From assembly GCA_964291625.2 (NCBI GenBank), contig OZ220090.1:800001-864000 (forward strand): DNA of 64,000 nt, read 5' to 3'. The translations under genes were made by a program, and so were the position numbers. The stretch comes from Candidatus Latescibacterota bacterium. Lineage in GTDB: Bacteria > Latescibacterota > UBA2968 > UBA8231. Numbering within the stretch: the stretch's first letter is position 1; each line of letters begins with the position of its first letter. The notes under the pieces were generated by a model. That model was given only the letters and a program-made list of their open reading frames with translations, ran no database searches and was not told where the DNA came from. Positions 32,497-42,619 of the stretch are shown here, in pieces.

Positions 32497-33470
32497 TGGG
32501 CGGGCGCCGGGGCAACCTCCCCCTGTTGGCTGCGGCGGCCGTCCTCGCCCTCTCGCCAACGGCCTTCGTGGCTCCCCTCGCCGCTTCGGAGACGGCGGAG
32601 ACGGTGCTCATCCGGCAGATCCTGGAGAAGGACCGCTTCGGACGCCGCCGGGGAGACGCGGAGATGGTCACCTACGGGTTCGACAAGGACCGCTTCGTCG
32701 CCTACGACGGCGCCGGATCGATCGACGTCCGCGCCTGGACCGTCCGCCACTCCTCCCTGGAGGAGTACCAGGCCGCTCTCGAGACCGACCTGGCGGCCAA
32801 CCGCTACGACATCTCCCGCGCCGTCCTCTTCCTCACCGTCTGGAAGAACCGGGCCTTCGCCGCCACCCTCGATTCCGGCGTGGTCATCGACCGCGCCGGC
32901 GACAGCCGCCGCGGCTTCGTGCAGCGCGCCATGTGGTCCTTCCTCAAGGAGGACGAGGAGTGGAGGGCCACCAGCCTCGTCATCGCCGTCGGAGACACGG
33001 CCGACGGAGGGGCCGCCGGCCGCGTCGAGGATCAGGAGGTCGCCGCCGCCCTGCAGGAGGACGCCCGCAACTGGTCCGAGGGAAGCAAGGGCGACATCCT
33101 GAGCGGGATGCAGGAGGACTTCGTCGGGAACGACTGCTACAACAGCTCGAATCCGGCCTCCTGGCTGACCGTCTTCGCCGGCCGCGAGGAGTTCGGGAAG
33201 TGGCTGGAGCAGCGCCTCGAGCACGTCGACTACGACATCGAGCGCACCGTGCTCCACGCCGTCAGCCGGGGGGACGAAGCCGTGGCCGTCACCCGCGACC
33301 GGATCACGGCGACCTACACGGCCGGGGACGCACGCCTCGAGCAGGACCGCACCTCGGCCTGGCTCCTGACGCGGCGCGCCGGGCGCTGGCGGATCACCTG
33401 CGCGTGGTGGAAGGCCAAGTCCTTCGATCCGGCCGGAGCCCCGGAGGGCGCCCCCACCGCCCGGCGCTGA
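32496..33470 (+). CDS. exported protein with two NTF2/SnoaL-like domains
   Basis: Signal peptide; two similar halves ending WSFLKEDEEWRA and WLLTRRAGRWRI. TGATG coupling. Confidence 0.6.
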   Translation: MGGRRGNLPLLAAAAVLALSPTAFVAPLAASETAETVLIRQILEKDRFGRRRGDAEMVTYGFDKDRFVAYDGAGSIDVRAWTVRHSSLEEYQAALETDLAANRYDISRAVLFLTVWKNRAFAATLDSGVVIDRAGDSRRGFVQRAMWSFLKEDEEWRATSLVIAVGDTADGGAAGRVEDQEVAAALQEDARNWSEGSKGDILSGMQEDFVGNDCYNSSNPASWLTVFAGREEFGKWLEQRLEHVDYDIERTVLHAVSRGDEAVAVTRDRITATYTAGDARLEQDRTSAWLLTRRAGRWRITCAWWKAKSFDPAGAPEGAPTARR

Positions 33471-33506
33471 CCCGCCTTCCCGGTACCTCCGCCGCCCCGG
33501 GAACCC

Positions 33507-34751
33507 GTGCCCCACGGCCTCGACAACTACGAGAACACCAACCGCCTCTTCGACAAGGGCGCCGACGCCGTCGGCCTCGACGAGGATCTCCGCCGGCTGC
33601 TGAAGACGCCCTTCCGCGAGGTCAGGGTGGAGGTGCCGGTGCGCATGTCGAGCGGCCGCATCGAGGTCTTCCTGGGCTACCGGGTGCAGCACAGCGGCGC
33701 GCGCGGGCCGATGAAAGGCGGTCTGCGGTACCACCCCGAGGTCGACCTCGACGAGGTCCGCTCCCTGGCCGCGCTGATGACCTGGAAGACGGCCCTCCTG
33801 GACCTTCCCTTCGGCGGCGCCAAGGGCGGGATCACCTGCGATCCCCTGCGGATGACCGGGGAGGAGCTCGAGCGCATGACGCGCCGGTTCACCTCGCGCA
33901 TCGGGCTCTGCTGGGGGCTGCACCGGGACATTCCCGCCCCGGACCTGAACACCGACGCCCGGGTCATGGCCTGGATCATGGACGAGTACAGCCAGCACTT
34001 CGGGTACACTCCCGGCATCGTCACCGGCAAGCCCCTGGCCCTCGGCGGCTCCCCCGGCCGGGAGGCGGCCACCGGTCGAGGCGTGAGCATCGCCGCCCGC
34101 GAAGCGGCCCGGGACTGCGGGATCGAGCTGAAGGGCGCGCGCGTGGCCATCCAGGGGTTCGGTCAGGTCGGCTCCCATGCGGCCCGGCTCCTGCACGGGA
34201 TGGGAGCCTCCATCGTCGCCGTGAGCGATCTGAGCGGCGGCCTCTTCGCGGGCGACGGCCTTCCCTTCCCCGACCTGTACGAGCACGCCCGGGAGCGCCG
34301 CGGCATCGAGGGCTTCGGCCGGGGGGAGAGCATCTCGAACGCCGATCTGCTCACCCTCGACTGCGACATCCTGATCCCGGCGGCCCTGGGCGGCGCCATC
34401 ACCGAGGAGAACGCCCGCCAGGTCCGCGCTTCCATGATCGTCGAGGCGGCCAACTCACCGGTGACGACCACCGCCGACTCCCTCCTCGAGGAACGGGGCA
34501 TCCACGTCGTTCCGGACATCCTGGCCAACGCCGGCGGCGTCACCGTCTCGTATTTCGAGTGGGTGCAGAACATCCAGGCCCTGACCTGGGAGGAGGAGGA
34601 CGTCAACGCCCGGCTCGAGCGCATGATGACCCGGGCCTACCGGAGCGTGGTGGAGCGCATGCGGTCCCACGACATCCCCATGCGCACCGCCGCCTTCGCC
34701 CTGGCCATCGAGCGCGTGGCGGAGACCGAAACCCTCAGAGGCGGATTCTAA
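33507..34751 (+). CDS. gdhA: Glu/Leu/Phe/Val (glutamate) dehydrogenase
   Basis: RGPMKGGLRY, GGAKGG, DIPAPD, QGFGQVG, PDILANAGGVTVSYFEW motifs. Confidence 0.92.
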   Translation: MPHGLDNYENTNRLFDKGADAVGLDEDLRRLLKTPFREVRVEVPVRMSSGRIEVFLGYRVQHSGARGPMKGGLRYHPEVDLDEVRSLAALMTWKTALLDLPFGGAKGGITCDPLRMTGEELERMTRRFTSRIGLCWGLHRDIPAPDLNTDARVMAWIMDEYSQHFGYTPGIVTGKPLALGGSPGREAATGRGVSIAAREAARDCGIELKGARVAIQGFGQVGSHAARLLHGMGASIVAVSDLSGGLFAGDGLPFPDLYEHARERRGIEGFGRGESISNADLLTLDCDILIPAALGGAITEENARQVRASMIVEAANSPVTTTADSLLEERGIHVVPDILANAGGVTVSYFEWVQNIQALTWEEEDVNARLERMMTRAYRSVVERMRSHDIPMRTAAFALAIERVAETETLRGGF

Positions 34752-34769
34752 GCGGAAGGGCTGACTGCC

Positions 34770-36655
34770 GTGGAAAAGCTCGTATGGCTCGCGGTGTTCA
34801 CACTCGGGTACTGGACCTACTGCATCTACTGGGGGGTCCGCGGAGCGCGCCAGGCGCGCACCGCGAGCGACTACTTCATCGCCGGGCGCACCATCGGCCT
34901 CTGGGTCTTCGTCCTCGCCGCCACGGCCACCTCCTTCTCGGGGTGGACCTTCGTCGGCCACCCGGGCACGATCTTCAACGTCGGTCTGCCCTACGCCTTC
35001 GCCTCCTTCTATGCCATCACCATCCCCTTCACCGGCGTGCTCTTCCTCAAGCGCCAGTGGCTGCTCGGGCGGAGGTACGGATACATCACCCCCGGCGAGA
35101 TGTTCTCCGACTACTACCGTACCGACTCGATGCGCCTGCTCACGGTGCTCGTGGCCATGGTGTTCTCGGTCCCCTATCTCGGTATCCAGCTGCGGGCCTC
35201 GGGCCTCCTCTTCTCCCGCCTGGTGGAGGGCACCCCCCTGCAGCAGACCTTCCTCGGCTCCATCGAGGGCGGCGCCATCCTGCTGTCGGTTGTCGTCTTC
35301 CTGTACGTCGCCTCGGGCGGCCTGCGGTCGGTGGCCTACGTCGACTGCGCCCAGTGCATCCTGCTGGCGCTGGGCATCATCGTCCTCGGCTTCGTCGCCC
35401 TCGACCTGGTGGGCGGGTGGGCCGCCTTCAAGGAAGGACTGGCGGGACTGGCACGCGTCAAGCCGGACATGGTGGCCATCCCCTCCCGGCCGGAGTCGGG
35501 CTCCTTCCTGGAACGGGCCGGCACCCTGTTCTGGGGCGCCTCCGGCGGTCCCTGGACGGCGATGATGATCCTGACCTACATGTTCGCCCTCATGGGCATC
35601 CAGTCGTCTCCCGCCTTCAGCATGTGGGCCTTCTCCAACAAGGACCCCCGGCCTTCCCCTGGCAGCAGGTGGTGGCCTCGTCCCTGGCGATCGGGGGCAT
35701 CATGTTCTTCTTCACCGCCTTCCAGGGTCTCAGCGGCTCCATCCTGTTTCACGAGATCCTGCCGGACACGGAGAAGCTCGGCCTGCCCACCAACGAGGCG
35801 GGCAAGCCGCTGACCGACTACCTCGTGCCGTACCTGATCGGCTCCCTGGAGCGGGCGGCGCCGTGGCTGGTGGGCCTGCTGTGCGTCTGCGCCCTGGCGG
35901 CGATGCAGTCTACGGGCGCCGCCTACATGTCGACGGCCAGCGGCATCGTCACCCGCGACCTCTACCGCCACTTCTTCTCTCGCGATGTCAGCCACCGCGT
36001 GCAGGTCCTCGTCGGCCGCCTCACGGTCTTCGTCATCGTCGCCCTGGCCCTCCTGGTGGGCCTGGCCTCCGGCGATCTGCTGGTGCTCCTCGGCGGGGCC
36101 GCCGTCTCCTACGGGTTCCAGATGTGGCCCGCCCTCCTCGGCATCTGCTACATCCGCTGGTTCACCCCCAAGGGCGTCTCCTGGGGTCTGGCCGCCGGGA
36201 TCGCCGCCGTCACCGTGACCTACGTCACCCAGCTGGGCGGGCTCGTGGGCATCGGCCGCTATCCGCTCACCGTCCACAGCGCCGGATGGGGGATCCTCTG
36301 CAACCTCGGCGTGTGCATCGTCGTCAGCGCCCTGACCCAGAGCTCGAGGGATTCCGGACACCGCGCCGGTTACCACGACTTCCTCAAGGAGCACACCGCC
36401 CTGTCCCCCGGGCGGCAGCGCTGGAGGAAGCCGGTGTGGATCCTCACGGCGGTCTGGTTCCTGTGCGCCATCGGGCCCTTCGCCGTCCTCGGCAACGAGG
36501 CCGACCCGTCCCGCTGGATCATGGGGATCCCCACCCTGTGGATCTGGCAGATCGCGTGGTGGATCATCGGCGTGGGGATGATGTACCTCCTCGCCTTCAA
36601 GCTGGAGATGTCCACCGTGCCGCGGACCGAAGTGAAGGCGCTCGAATCCGACTGA
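34770..36655 (+). CDS. sodium:solute symporter family protein, 1-bp frameshift at ~35651
   Basis: SDYFIAGR, ATSFSGWTFVGHPG in the first frame; LAAMQST…RDLY in the second. The junction NKDPR|PFPWQQV needs one extra C. Confidence 0.85.
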
Positions 36656-38343
36656 CCCGCACACCCCTGCTGCTGCGGCTGCCCGCCACCCTCGTCCTGA
36701 TCGCGGCCGTCAGCGGTTGGCTGCTGCCGGGATACGGGGCGCACGGAGGCTGGAGTCTGTTCCCGCCGCTCTGCGCCATCTCCGTGGCCATCGTAACGGG
36801 GCGCCTGGTCCTCGGCCTGGCCTCCGCCCTCCTGGGGGCGGCCCTCCTCACGACTCCCCTCGAGGGCTGGAACGCTCTCTGGCAGGTCCCGGCAACGGTG
36901 GCCGCCGACTTCATCTGGCGGCCCCTGAGCGACTCCTTCCAGCTCTTCATCCTGGCCTTCACCGTCTCCCTCATCGGCATGGTCCGCGTTGTCGCCGTGG
37001 CCGGCGGCACGCGCGGCATCGCCGAAACCCTGGCCCGCCGGGCCCGGGGGCGGTCGACGGCGCGGCTGGCGACCTGGCTCCTGGGCCTGGCCATCTTCTT
37101 CGACGACTACGCCAACACCCTGGTGGTGGGGACCACCATGCGGCCGGTCTGCGACCGCCTGCGGATCTCCCGGGAGAAGCTGGCCTATCTCGTCGACTCC
37201 ACGGCGGCCCCGGTGGCGGGCCTCGCCGTGATCAGCACCTGGATCGGCTACGAGGTCGGTCTGCTGCAGGACGCCATGGACAGCCTGGGCACGGGAATCT
37301 CCGGGTACGAGCTGTTCTTCCGCGCCCTGACGAGCCGGTTCTACTGCTGGCTCGCCATCCTCTTCGTGGGCGCCACGATCCTGCTGCGCCGGGACGCCGG
37401 TCCCATGCTGGTTGCCGAGCGGCGGGCGGCCACCCGCGGCGAGGTCCTCCGGCCCGGGGCCGTGCAGCTCACGGGGGACGGTGCCGAACGGAATCTCGAG
37501 CCGCCGGAAGGGGTCACGCCCGACTGGCGTCTGGCCGCGGCGCCGGTCCTGGTCGTCGTGATCGGGGTGATCCTCGGCATGCAGTGGGACACCTGGGAGC
37601 ACCCCGAGGTGCGTGGCGCCCGGGAGGAGGGGGTCCTGAGCGCCGGCTACTGGACCGCCGTGCTCGCCAACGCCGCCGGCGCCAAGGTGATGTTCCTCGC
37701 CGCAGGCGCCGGGTCGGTCACCGCCTTCCTCCTGGCCGTGACCCGCCGCCGGGAGGACGGCTCGCGGCCGGTCCGGCCCCGGGCGGCGCTGGGGGCGTGG
37801 ATCGGCGGCGTCACCGGGTTCCACCGGGCCCTGGTGATCCTGGTCCTCGCCTGGGCCATCAAGGAAGCCTGCTCCGCGGTGGACACCAGCGGCTATCTGC
37901 TGGCCGCCCTCGGAGACTCCATGCCGGCGGAGCTGCTTCCCGTGCTCGTCTTCCTGCTGGCGGCGGCCGTCGCCTTCTCCATCGGCACGTCGTGGACGGC
38001 GATGGCGATCCTGCTGCCCACCACCCTGCCCCTGGCCCACGCCCTCGGCGGCCTGCCGACGACGGTCCTCGTGGCCGCCGCGGTCCTCGACGGCGCCATC
38101 TTCGGGGACCACTGCTCGCCGATCAGCGACACCACGGTGCTGTCGAGCGTCGCCGCCGGGTGCGACCACCTAGATCACGTGAAGACCCAGGTCCCCTATG
38201 CTGTCGGCATCATGTCGGTGGCCGCCCTCTGCGGCTACGTGGGCACCGCCGCCGCCTATCCGGCCTGGGTCGGCCTGGGCCTGGGGATCGCGGTCTCCTG
38301 GGGGGGGCTGTGGCTGCTGGGAAAGGACCCGGACGCCCCGTGA
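36652..38343 (+). CDS. Na+/H+ antiporter NhaC family protein
   Basis: WSLFPPL, IFFDDYAN, SREKLAYLVDSTAAP, GTSW, GAIFGDHCSPISDTT, DHVKTQ motifs. Start uncertain (CTG at 36652). Confidence 0.85.
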   Translation: MTRTPLLLRLPATLVLIAAVSGWLLPGYGAHGGWSLFPPLCAISVAIVTGRLVLGLASALLGAALLTTPLEGWNALWQVPATVAADFIWRPLSDSFQLFILAFTVSLIGMVRVVAVAGGTRGIAETLARRARGRSTARLATWLLGLAIFFDDYANTLVVGTTMRPVCDRLRISREKLAYLVDSTAAPVAGLAVISTWIGYEVGLLQDAMDSLGTGISGYELFFRALTSRFYCWLAILFVGATILLRRDAGPMLVAERRAATRGEVLRPGAVQLTGDGAERNLEPPEGVTPDWRLAAAPVLVVVIGVILGMQWDTWEHPEVRGAREEGVLSAGYWTAVLANAAGAKVMFLAAGAGSVTAFLLAVTRRREDGSRPVRPRAALGAWIGGVTGFHRALVILVLAWAIKEACSAVDTSGYLLAALGDSMPAELLPVLVFLLAAAVAFSIGTSWTAMAILLPTTLPLAHALGGLPTTVLVAAAVLDGAIFGDHCSPISDTTVLSSVAAGCDHLDHVKTQVPYAVGIMSVAALCGYVGTAAAYPAWVGLGLGIAVSWGGLWLLGKDPDAP

Positions 38344-38347
38344 GTGG

Positions 38348-38875
38348 CTACCAGGAAGCCGTGGTGCGGTCCACGATCTCCTCGACGAACATGGCCATGG
38401 CCGCCTCGACGGCGGGGTCCCGCCCTTCCTCGTCGGGCAGCGCCGCGTCGTAGGTCCCCCAGCCCACGAGGGATTCGATCTCGAGGAGCTCGCCGCCGTC
38501 GGAGGTGCGCTCGAGCAGGGCGCCGCCGAAGAGGCGGAAGCGGTACTGCTCCGTCACCTCTGCAGCGGTGTGGATGAGGGGCTGGTCCTCGAGCCGGTCG
38601 AGGCGCAGCAGGAGCACGGCGTCGGCCGACTCCTCGTCGACTACCCGCAGGCGTCCGTCCTCGAGGAAGGCCTCGGTGACGCGGTCCGTCAGCCTTTGGG
38701 CGATGTCGACCTCGGGGGTCCCGTTCTCCGCCGTTGGAATGGCGACGGTGCGGATGCCGCCGACGAGGCCGCCGCTCGTGGAGTAGTGGGAGCACGCGCC
38801 GAGGAGCAGGACCAGGAGGATGCGCCGCGGGACCGGCCTCCCGCCCTCAGCCGGGGGCATCCGGCCGCGGGTCAT
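38348..38875 (-). CDS. lptE: LptE family lipoprotein
   Basis: LLGAC lipobox, IRTVAIPTAENGT, ADAVL, C-terminal W. Confidence 0.65.
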   Translation of the reverse strand: MTRGRMPPAEGGRPVPRRILLVLLLGACSHYSTSGGLVGGIRTVAIPTAENGTPEVDIAQRLTDRVTEAFLEDGRLRVVDEESADAVLLLRLDRLEDQPLIHTAAEVTEQYRFRLFGGALLERTSDGGELLEIESLVGWGTYDAALPDEEGRDPAVEAAMAMFVEEIVDRTTASW

Positions 38876-39419
38876 CCGTTCCGGAGGGATCCGCCTGGTC
38901 GGCCGCCGGACCGCCGTCGGCCTGTCCGGTCGACTCGTAGGTCTCGGAGGGCAGATCGGGGACCACCTTCGACGGGGCGGCGTCCATCTCGGCGATCCCT
39001 TCGAGGGAGATGGCCCGCGCCGTGTCGCCCACGCTGATGGGATGGGCCTGGGGGCGTCCCGACAGATCGGAGGACCGCACCGCCAGGCGTTCGCGCTCGC
39101 TGGCGTGATTCCCGTAGAGGCCGAAGGAGTGACGCACCATCATGGCGCTCAGGGTAGCGGTGGCCGCCGGGGCTGCCTCTGCGAGGGGAGACCGGGCCGT
39201 GGCCATCTGTTCCTGCACGTGGGTGACGGCCACCCGCCCCTTCACCGATTCCCAGCGTCCGAGGCTCTCTCCCGAGTCCGGGTCCCGGATGTCGTCGTGC
39301 TCGGCGACGACGGCGAACAACATGCCCTCGTGGACCCCGTGGCGGGCGCCGACGTTCAGCACCAGGGTCGTGTCGTCGACGATGGCGGCCACCTTGCCGG
39401 TGATCGGCTCGCTCATCAC
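38847..39419 (-). CDS. hypothetical protein, FlgT C-terminal-like beta domain
   Basis: GKVAAI…VLNVGARHGVHEGMLFAV…IRDPDSGESLG. SD AGGAG. Confidence 0.6.
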   Translation of the reverse strand: MMSEPITGKVAAIVDDTTLVLNVGARHGVHEGMLFAVVAEHDDIRDPDSGESLGRWESVKGRVAVTHVQEQMATARSPLAEAAPAATATLSAMMVRHSFGLYGNHASERERLAVRSSDLSGRPQAHPISVGDTARAISLEGIAEMDAAPSKVVPDLPSETYESTGQADGGPAADQADPSGTDDPRPDAPG

Positions 39420-39504
39420 AGCCTCTCCTGACTCTCGGGTACTGTTGAAGTCGCTGCCGTGGAAGATAGGGGTCCCGCGGCACGCCGGCAGGCCGGCGGC
39501 GGGG

Positions 39505-40533
39505 TCAGTCCGGGTGCAGGGCGATCGATCCCGTGGGCCGGTCGCCGGGCCTCCAGTCGACGAGGAAGTCCTGCGGATCCCGGTATCCGTTGAGGCCGCC
39601 GCGGCTGCGGACCTGGTAGCGCACGGCGTAGTGGAGGTGAGGCCCGGTGGAACGGCCGGTGCTGCCCATCGTCCCCAGCGTGTCCCCCCGAGCGACTCGC
39701 TGGCCCTTGCGGACGAGGATCTTGTGCAGGTGTCCGTACTCGGTGCGAAGCAGCCCCGGGCGCGAGGTCTCCGTGCCGTCCTCGCCGGTGACCAGCGGGT
39801 CGTGGTTCACCACGACCACCTTTCCGAGGAACCGGTCGGCGTAGGCATAGGCCACCTCGCCGGCGGCGGTGGCCACGATGGGCAGGCCCCGGGGGCCCGC
39901 CAGGTCGATGCCGAGGTGCTTCGACTTCAGTCCGGTGAAGGGGTCATCCCGTTCCCCGAAGCCGGAGGAGATCCAGACCTTGCGGACATCGGCCACCGGC
40001 CAGATCGTCGGTACGTAGAGGAGGTTCTCCTTGTTGGCCTCGAAGGTCTCGATCAGGCTCTGGGAACTGGTCAGCTGGTAGAGGGCTTCCCGCTGGAGGT
40101 TCTGGATGCGCTGGGACAGGTTCTCGATCCGCTCCTCCGCCGGCCGGGCGGTGGAGTAGTGGGGCCGATCGTCGGGGTGCCGGCGCCCTCCGACCCCGGG
40201 GGCCGGGTCATCCGCGCCGACGGAGCCGACGGCCGGATCGTCGAGCCCCTCCTGGCGCGCTAGCTTTCCGACGACCGCCTCGAGCCGGCCCAGGTCGCGG
40301 CGGGCGGAGTCGAGCCTGGCCTCGAGGAGGACGTTTTCGCCGCGGAGGCGGCCGGCCAGGTGCTCCCCCGGATCGGGGCGGGTGTGGAACTGCAACGCGT
40401 AGTAGCCGAACAGGCCGGACAGCAGGAAGAGGGCGATACCGCCGCCCCAGAGCAGGCGGGTGGAGAGCCCGAATTCGCGGACCCTGCCGTCGTTCTGGGG
40501 GATGACGATGAAGTTGATTCGTTTGCCGGGCAT
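39505..40533 (-). CDS. M23 family metallopeptidase
   Basis: TM + coiled coil, HLGIDLA, YGHL, GSTGRSTGPHLHY. Confidence 0.9.
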   Translation of the reverse strand: MPGKRINFIVIPQNDGRVREFGLSTRLLWGGGIALFLLSGLFGYYALQFHTRPDPGEHLAGRLRGENVLLEARLDSARRDLGRLEAVVGKLARQEGLDDPAVGSVGADDPAPGVGGRRHPDDRPHYSTARPAEERIENLSQRIQNLQREALYQLTSSQSLIETFEANKENLLYVPTIWPVADVRKVWISSGFGERDDPFTGLKSKHLGIDLAGPRGLPIVATAAGEVAYAYADRFLGKVVVVNHDPLVTGEDGTETSRPGLLRTEYGHLHKILVRKGQRVARGDTLGTMGSTGRSTGPHLHYAVRYQVRSRGGLNGYRDPQDFLVDWRPGDRPTGSIALHPD

Positions 40534-40679
40534 TGCGGGTAACTATAGGTCGATTCCACCGGATCGCCAACTACCGCCGATGGTTGCGACCCCAATCCGT
40601 GATTCGTAACTTCATTCGTTTCCGTTACTTGCCTTCAGAAGCAAGCGTCAGCTTCCCCGCTCCCGCTCCGGAGATCGCG

Positions 40680-42614
40680 ATGATCCACGGCCCCCGTCGT
40701 ATCGCCGCCCTGGTGCTGCTGACGGCCGCGGCGGCCACCGGGGAGGCGGCCTCCCGGCCCACGATCCAGGACGAGCTCAAGGGCTCCTTCTTCCCCATCG
40801 TCCGCTTCATCAACTCCTACTACATGTATGAGATCTCCCCGGACACTCTGATGCAGGCCGGGCTGAGGGGGACCTTCCGCGCCCTCGATCCGTCCTCCGA
40901 CTTCTCCATCAGCGGACCCGAGGAGGACTGGCAGAGGAACTTTTCCACCTTCGAGCGCGCCGTCCGCGTCGTCGACAGGAAAGCGTTCTACACCGTTGGC
41001 GCCGACACCCTCATCCGCCTCGGGATCGACGGCATGATGTCCGTCCTCGACCCGGACACGGTGTTCATGGAAAAGCTGAGTCTCGACAACTTCCACATCA
41101 ACACCCGCGGCGAGTACGGAGGCCTCGGATTCCGCATCCAGGTCGTCTACCCCGACAGCGCCATCGCCGTGTGGGCGCTGCTGCACGAGGACACCCCGGC
41201 GGCCCGGGCGGGCGTGAAGTCGGGGGACCTGATCCTGGCCATCGACGGCGAGTCGACGCGATCGATGAACGCCAGCGAGGCCGCCACCCGGATGCGCGGC
41301 ACCGTCGACACCGACGTGACCCTGAGCCTGAGCCGGGCGGGCGTGGACGAGCCTTTCGACATCACCGTCACCCGCGAGGTGGTGCACATCAACTCCGTGC
41401 CTTCCCACGTGATGTTCCCGGACTCCACGGGCTACATCAAGCTCACCGGCTTTCAGCACAAGTCCAGTCAGGAGGTGCGCGCCGCCCTGGCCGACCTCCT
41501 CGACCGAGGCATGAAGCGGCTGATCTTCGACCTGCGCGGCAACGGCGGCGGCTACCTGACCGAGGCCGTGCAGGTGGCGGACCTGTTCCTGCCGCGGGGC
41601 CGTCTGGTGGTCTACACCGCCGGACGCGCCTTCGAGGACACGACGCGGTACGTCACCACCGAGGAGCCCATGTTCGGCGAGGGGCCGCTCATGATCCTCG
41701 TCGACGGCGCCTCGGCGAGCGCCTCCGAGATCGTCTCCGGGGCGATTCAGGACTGGGACCGGGGCCTCGTCCTCGGGACCCCGACGGTCGGCAAGGGCTC
41801 GGTTCAGCAGACCGTCAGCATCGGCGAGCGCGCCGAGCTCAAGCTCACCATGGCCGCCTACTTCATCCCCAGCGGCCGCTCCATCGACAAGCGGATGCGC
41901 AAGGACTCCACTCTCGTGGCGATGGCCGACCAGGAGTACCGCACCCGGACCCTCGGCCGCCGGGTGCGGGGCGCCGGCGGCATCACCCCCGACATCGACA
42001 TGGAGCGCCGGCGCTCCTCGCGGCTGTACGCCCAGCTCTCGGGCTGGGGCCGGAGGGGCACGTCATTCTTCAACAACAGCCGGTTCTTCCGGTTCTCGCG
42101 GCAGTATCCCGCCCGCCACCCGGACCTCTCCCCCGACTTCGTGGCGGGAGAGGGCACCCTGCAGGCCTTCCGCGACTTCGTCGAGGCCGACGGCTTCGAG
42201 TACACGAGCGCCCTGGAGACCAAGCTCGACGAGCTGCGGGAAGAGGTGGACGGCGAGGGAGAGCGGGCGATGGCGGCGTTGGACGGCTCCCTGAAGCAGG
42301 TGGAGGACGAGATCGACCAGATCGAGGAGTTCCACTGGAAGGACAGCGCCGAGCTGCTCACCCGGAAGCTGACCTTCGACATCCGCGAAAAGGCCTTCGG
42401 GATCGAGCAGGCCTACGCCTACGACGTCACCGTCGACCCGCAGATCCAGCGGGCCCTGGAGGTCCTCGGATCCGAGGCCGATTACCAGGCCTGGTTCAAG
42501 ATCCCCGCGATCGGCGGCGGGCCGGCCGTCGCGGCGGCCACCGACACCGGGGCCGTCGAGGTCGACGGACTGGTTCGCCTCGACAGCCCGGAGAGGGAGA
42601 CCGGCGGAGACTGA
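40680..42614 (+). CDS. ctpA: S41 family C-terminal processing peptidase (PDZ)
   Basis: GEYGGLG, DLRGNGGG, SASASEIVSGAIQD, GKGSVQ, GGITPD motifs. Confidence 0.9.
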   Translation: MIHGPRRIAALVLLTAAAATGEAASRPTIQDELKGSFFPIVRFINSYYMYEISPDTLMQAGLRGTFRALDPSSDFSISGPEEDWQRNFSTFERAVRVVDRKAFYTVGADTLIRLGIDGMMSVLDPDTVFMEKLSLDNFHINTRGEYGGLGFRIQVVYPDSAIAVWALLHEDTPAARAGVKSGDLILAIDGESTRSMNASEAATRMRGTVDTDVTLSLSRAGVDEPFDITVTREVVHINSVPSHVMFPDSTGYIKLTGFQHKSSQEVRAALADLLDRGMKRLIFDLRGNGGGYLTEAVQVADLFLPRGRLVVYTAGRAFEDTTRYVTTEEPMFGEGPLMILVDGASASASEIVSGAIQDWDRGLVLGTPTVGKGSVQQTVSIGERAELKLTMAAYFIPSGRSIDKRMRKDSTLVAMADQEYRTRTLGRRVRGAGGITPDIDMERRRSSRLYAQLSGWGRRGTSFFNNSRFFRFSRQYPARHPDLSPDFVAGEGTLQAFRDFVEADGFEYTSALETKLDELREEVDGEGERAMAALDGSLKQVEDEIDQIEEFHWKDSAELLTRKLTFDIREKAFGIEQAYAYDVTVDPQIQRALEVLGSEADYQAWFKIPAIGGGPAVAAATDTGAVEVDGLVRLDSPERETGGD

Positions 42615-42619
42615 GGGCG

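Noticed and set aside
32933-36655. 1240-aa ORF and other long overlapping ORFs (e.g. 59224..62766, 48747..51695, 30669..33470)
   Set aside because: These are high-GC shadow frames. Only their C-terminal portions are real genes; the rest is Arg/Pro/Gly-rich off-frame text.
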